From the IMG/VR virus record IMGVR_UViG_3300040801_004114: a stretch of 64,000 nt of DNA, one strand, 5' to 3'. The position numbers and the translations under genes are program-made. Positions 61,861-64,000 of the stretch are shown here, piece after piece (position 1 is the stretch's first letter; each line of letters begins with the position of its first letter). The DNA is from a virus. A model generated the notes under the pieces. It was given only the letters and a program-made list of their open reading frames with translations, was not told where the DNA came from and ran no database searches.

Positions 61861-64000
61861 CTAGGTTAGTCTATCCAAACCTAAGTCGCTGAAAAATAAA
61901 TTAGATTCATTACCTGCCAGTCTAGTATAAGGTCCTTTTTGTTTAGATTTTATAAGGTTAGGTAAATAATCAAAATGCCATTCTTCACTTCTCACACTTC
62001 TCACAAATCCATACTTCCAAGAGTTTTTAACAAGCCATGAATAGACATTTTCATTTAATGTTCCTTTTCTTCTGCTTCCAGTATTTAAATCTAAGCTAAT
62101 ACCATTACCATGTTTAGATTTTCCAGGTGGTGCAGCTAGGTTATACCCAGGAACACCTGCTTTCCATTTTCTATACAATTCATCTTGAGAGGTAGCTCTT
62201 ACCCTTACCCCATCGTTAGACTGTGTATTTATATTATCATAAGGTGACCTAAATCCAGAATTTATCCTTAGGATGACACCATCATTGCTAGCTGCTTTCT
62301 TCATATCCAGATACTTACCTACTATTTTTGTGTTAAGAGCATTTCCCTCTACTTGACACAATTCTATCTTATTACCACTATTGTCAACATACAAGCCAGG
62401 TATTAAGTCTATGTCATAATTGCCCTCAGTAGGAGGTGTAGAAGTATTATTTATCTGTTCAGATTCTCTATTATATAGCTCTTGATCTTCTGGTGGGATA
62501 GTTTGTTCAGATTCTTCCTCACCTCTAAATTCTCTTTCGGTGAATTCAGCACCTTCGGTAAATTCTCCACCACTAAATACGAAATCTTCATTTTCTACAA
62601 TTTCTTGATCACTATCTACTATGATACCATCTGTTGGATTTTCGTTTATTTCGGAATTATTTTCAGAGGTATCTTCTATTTCTTGTTTATTTTTCTCTTT
62701 TAAAGTTTTACTTAACTCTTTCCTGACTATGGTCAATTTTTGCTTTAGTCTACCTTTTGAGTAATAAAACATCAAATCTGCAATCATCCATTCACCTGTT
62801 AGCCTTTGATTAACTATATTCTCATTAATAGGCGTTTGTTTTAAATTTATGAAATTAACTCTTATCTTTTGATATCTATATAAGTTAAAGTTTGGATGAG
62901 GTAATTCTAAATCTATAGTTATGTTGTAAAGGTTCTCTTTATTTCTACTATTCTGTGAAACTGCATAGAGGTAGTTTTGGTGCATATTATCACTATCTAT
63001 TTTACCACCATAGTTAGTATTATAGTTGTTCTCTATTTCGCCAGTCTCGGATGGTTTGCTCTTAAGAATTACATTTTCAGATTGGTCAGACGATAGTGAA
63101 TCAATGTCAAATTTTAAAAATTGTTTTTTATTTCTATCATAAGTTCTAGATATTGTGTAAACACCTTTATTAGTTGTCTGATATGTAGAATTGTTCCTAA
63201 ATTTATACTTTTGGAAATAAAAAGGTGAACTATCTTGACTAGGATCATTTGTCAGTGATAAGTTAACCAGTTCAGTTTTGTCTAAGATAGATGATAGCCC
63301 ATGTGTGTTTAGGGCTAAATCATTTTTTATATTTCTTTTCCACTCTTTTTCAATGTCAATATAATTGAAACACCAATAGAAGTCTACATACCCGACAAGA
63401 AATGAATTATCAGATATATACGAGTGCTTTGTTATGTCGTTCATAAAGTTTTTTACATTGAGACCATTCTTTCTCCAAGTCATCGAATCAACAGTATTGG
63501 ATATATTAGAATTGAATCCTAATCCATTTTCAGAAGATATTCTTTTAAGAACCTCAAATGATGTACCTACATAAGATTTATAAGATGTTTTGTAAAAATC
63601 ATCTATATCTATAACACCAGTTATAGTTTGTGTTTTTTTACTTTTACTCTCTTGGTTAAACTGCATCTTAAATTTTAGGTGTATGGATTTTAATATATCT
63701 GACCCAGAATTTATAAAGACTTCAAAATTAGTATCATTTAATGGCATTGTGTCATCATTGCTTATCACACCAAATGTATCAACAAATGTTACTTTACAGT
63801 TTGGTATGCCATCTTTGTAAAAAAGTTTAAGAGAGACTATATCAGATCCCCTTATCTCGATACCGTTATACCATAGAAAAGGTATATATCCTAAACTATT
63901 AGCAATTTCACTATTATCTTTATCATTTACACTTTTATCAAAGCTCATCGGTGGTAGGTTAATGGTAGGTTCTTGTATTTGTGAGACAATTGGTCTAGTT
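61861..64000 (-). CDS. Baseplate hub-like protein fused to an M15B (VanY-like) peptidase; 5'-partial
   Basis: Frame open from ATG 63948 to the window edge (TRPIVSQIQEPTINLPP-MSF); C-terminal INSGFRS...AAPPGKSKHGNGISLD...WL..N..KYGF...EEWHFDY. Confidence 0.75.
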   Translation of the reverse strand, partial: TRPIVSQIQEPTINLPPMSFDKSVNDKDNSEIANSLGYIPFLWYNGIEIRGSDIVSLKLFYKDGIPNCKVTFVDTFGVISNDDTMPLNDTNFEVFINSGSDILKSIHLKFKMQFNQESKSKKTQTITGVIDIDDFYKTSYKSYVGTSFEVLKRISSENGLGFNSNISNTVDSMTWRKNGLNVKNFMNDITKHSYISDNSFLVGYVDFYWCFNYIDIEKEWKRNIKNDLALNTHGLSSILDKTELVNLSLTNDPSQDSSPFYFQKYKFRNNSTYQTTNKGVYTISRTYDRNKKQFLKFDIDSLSSDQSENVILKSKPSETGEIENNYNTNYGGKIDSDNMHQNYLYAVSQNSRNKENLYNITIDLELPHPNFNLYRYQKIRVNFINLKQTPINENIVNQRLTGEWMIADLMFYYSKGRLKQKLTIVRKELSKTLKEKNKQEIEDTSENNSEINENPTDGIIVDSDQEIVENEDFVFSGGEFTEGAEFTEREFRGEEESEQTIPPEDQELYNRESEQINNTSTPPTEGNYDIDLIPGLYVDNSGNKIELCQVEGNALNTKIVGKYLDMKKAASNDGVILRINSGFRSPYDNINTQSNDGVRVRATSQDELYRKWKAGVPGYNLAAPPGKSKHGNGISLDLNTGSRRKGTLNENVYSWLVKNSWKYGFVRSVRSEEWHFDYLPNLIKSKQKGPYTRLAGNESNLFFSDLGLDRLT

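Noticed and set aside
107-62703. Many ORF-track entries antisense to long genes (e.g. 107..490, 2490-4067 set, 6016..6369, 10419..10904, 24612..25007, 36448..36885, 40479..41003, 50159-52681 set, 56967-58325 set, 60249-62703 set)
   Set aside because: They are shadow frames of well-supported genes on the opposite strand. Their Ser/Phe/Leu/Ile-rich translations lack motifs and upstream signals.
1-64000. Alternative genetic code (TAG or TGA recoding seen in some large phages)
   Set aside because: Conserved proteins end at their natural C-termini on TAG (NAMPT-like, 27274) and TGA (T9SS CTD, 42354), and long genes are uninterrupted in code 11.
1-64000. tRNA or rRNA genes
   Set aside because: No intergenic stretch showed a cloverleaf, T-loop GTTCRA or GC-rich structured RNA on reading. 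A tRNAscan-SE run would be the definitive check.

Overview
Strongly AT-rich, gene-dense 64-kb segment of a large (jumbo-type, T4-like myovirus-style) bacteriophage that most likely infects a Bacteroidota (Flavobacteriia-like) host. Phage evidence: a gp5-like baseplate OB-fold, gp53/LysM-like and hub-like genes at 56.5-64 kb and about 70 short hypothetical genes with frequent strand switching. Host evidence: 24 TAnnTTTG (Bacteroidota sigma -7 element) sites just upstream of genes, no Shine-Dalgarno motifs, and Flavobacteria-type clpP, glyA, patatin, T9SS-CTD and PID-CTERM genes. Standard genetic code. I found no tRNA, rRNA, CRISPR array or integrase. Recognisable functions: DNA methyltransferase, ART-like protein, two GNATs, AAA ATPase, Prs-like plus NAMPT-like pair (NARP1-type NAD+ reconstitution) with an NDT-like gene between them, nucleotidyltransferase, ClpP, RNA ligase, M50 protease, GlyA, patatin, T9SS cargo, flavodoxin-family reductase, GH108 muramidase, metallophosphoesterase with a stand-alone SMODS-associated-type NUDIX, a BspA/LRR-FN3 protein, FKBP PPIase, amidoligase and an M15 peptidase fused to a hub protein. 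Most notable patterns: (1) two apparent protein address labels that track two promoter classes, an N-terminal T4 capsid-targeting-like motif on 11 late-motif genes and a basic R-x-x-K-[LI] C-terminal tail on about 15 mostly host-promoter genes; (2) a stand-alone Sa-NUDIX plus phosphoesterase operon (anti-CBASS candidate); (3) a phage-borne T9SS substrate plus PID-CTERM peptide. All family assignments come from motif recognition by eye; no database search was run.
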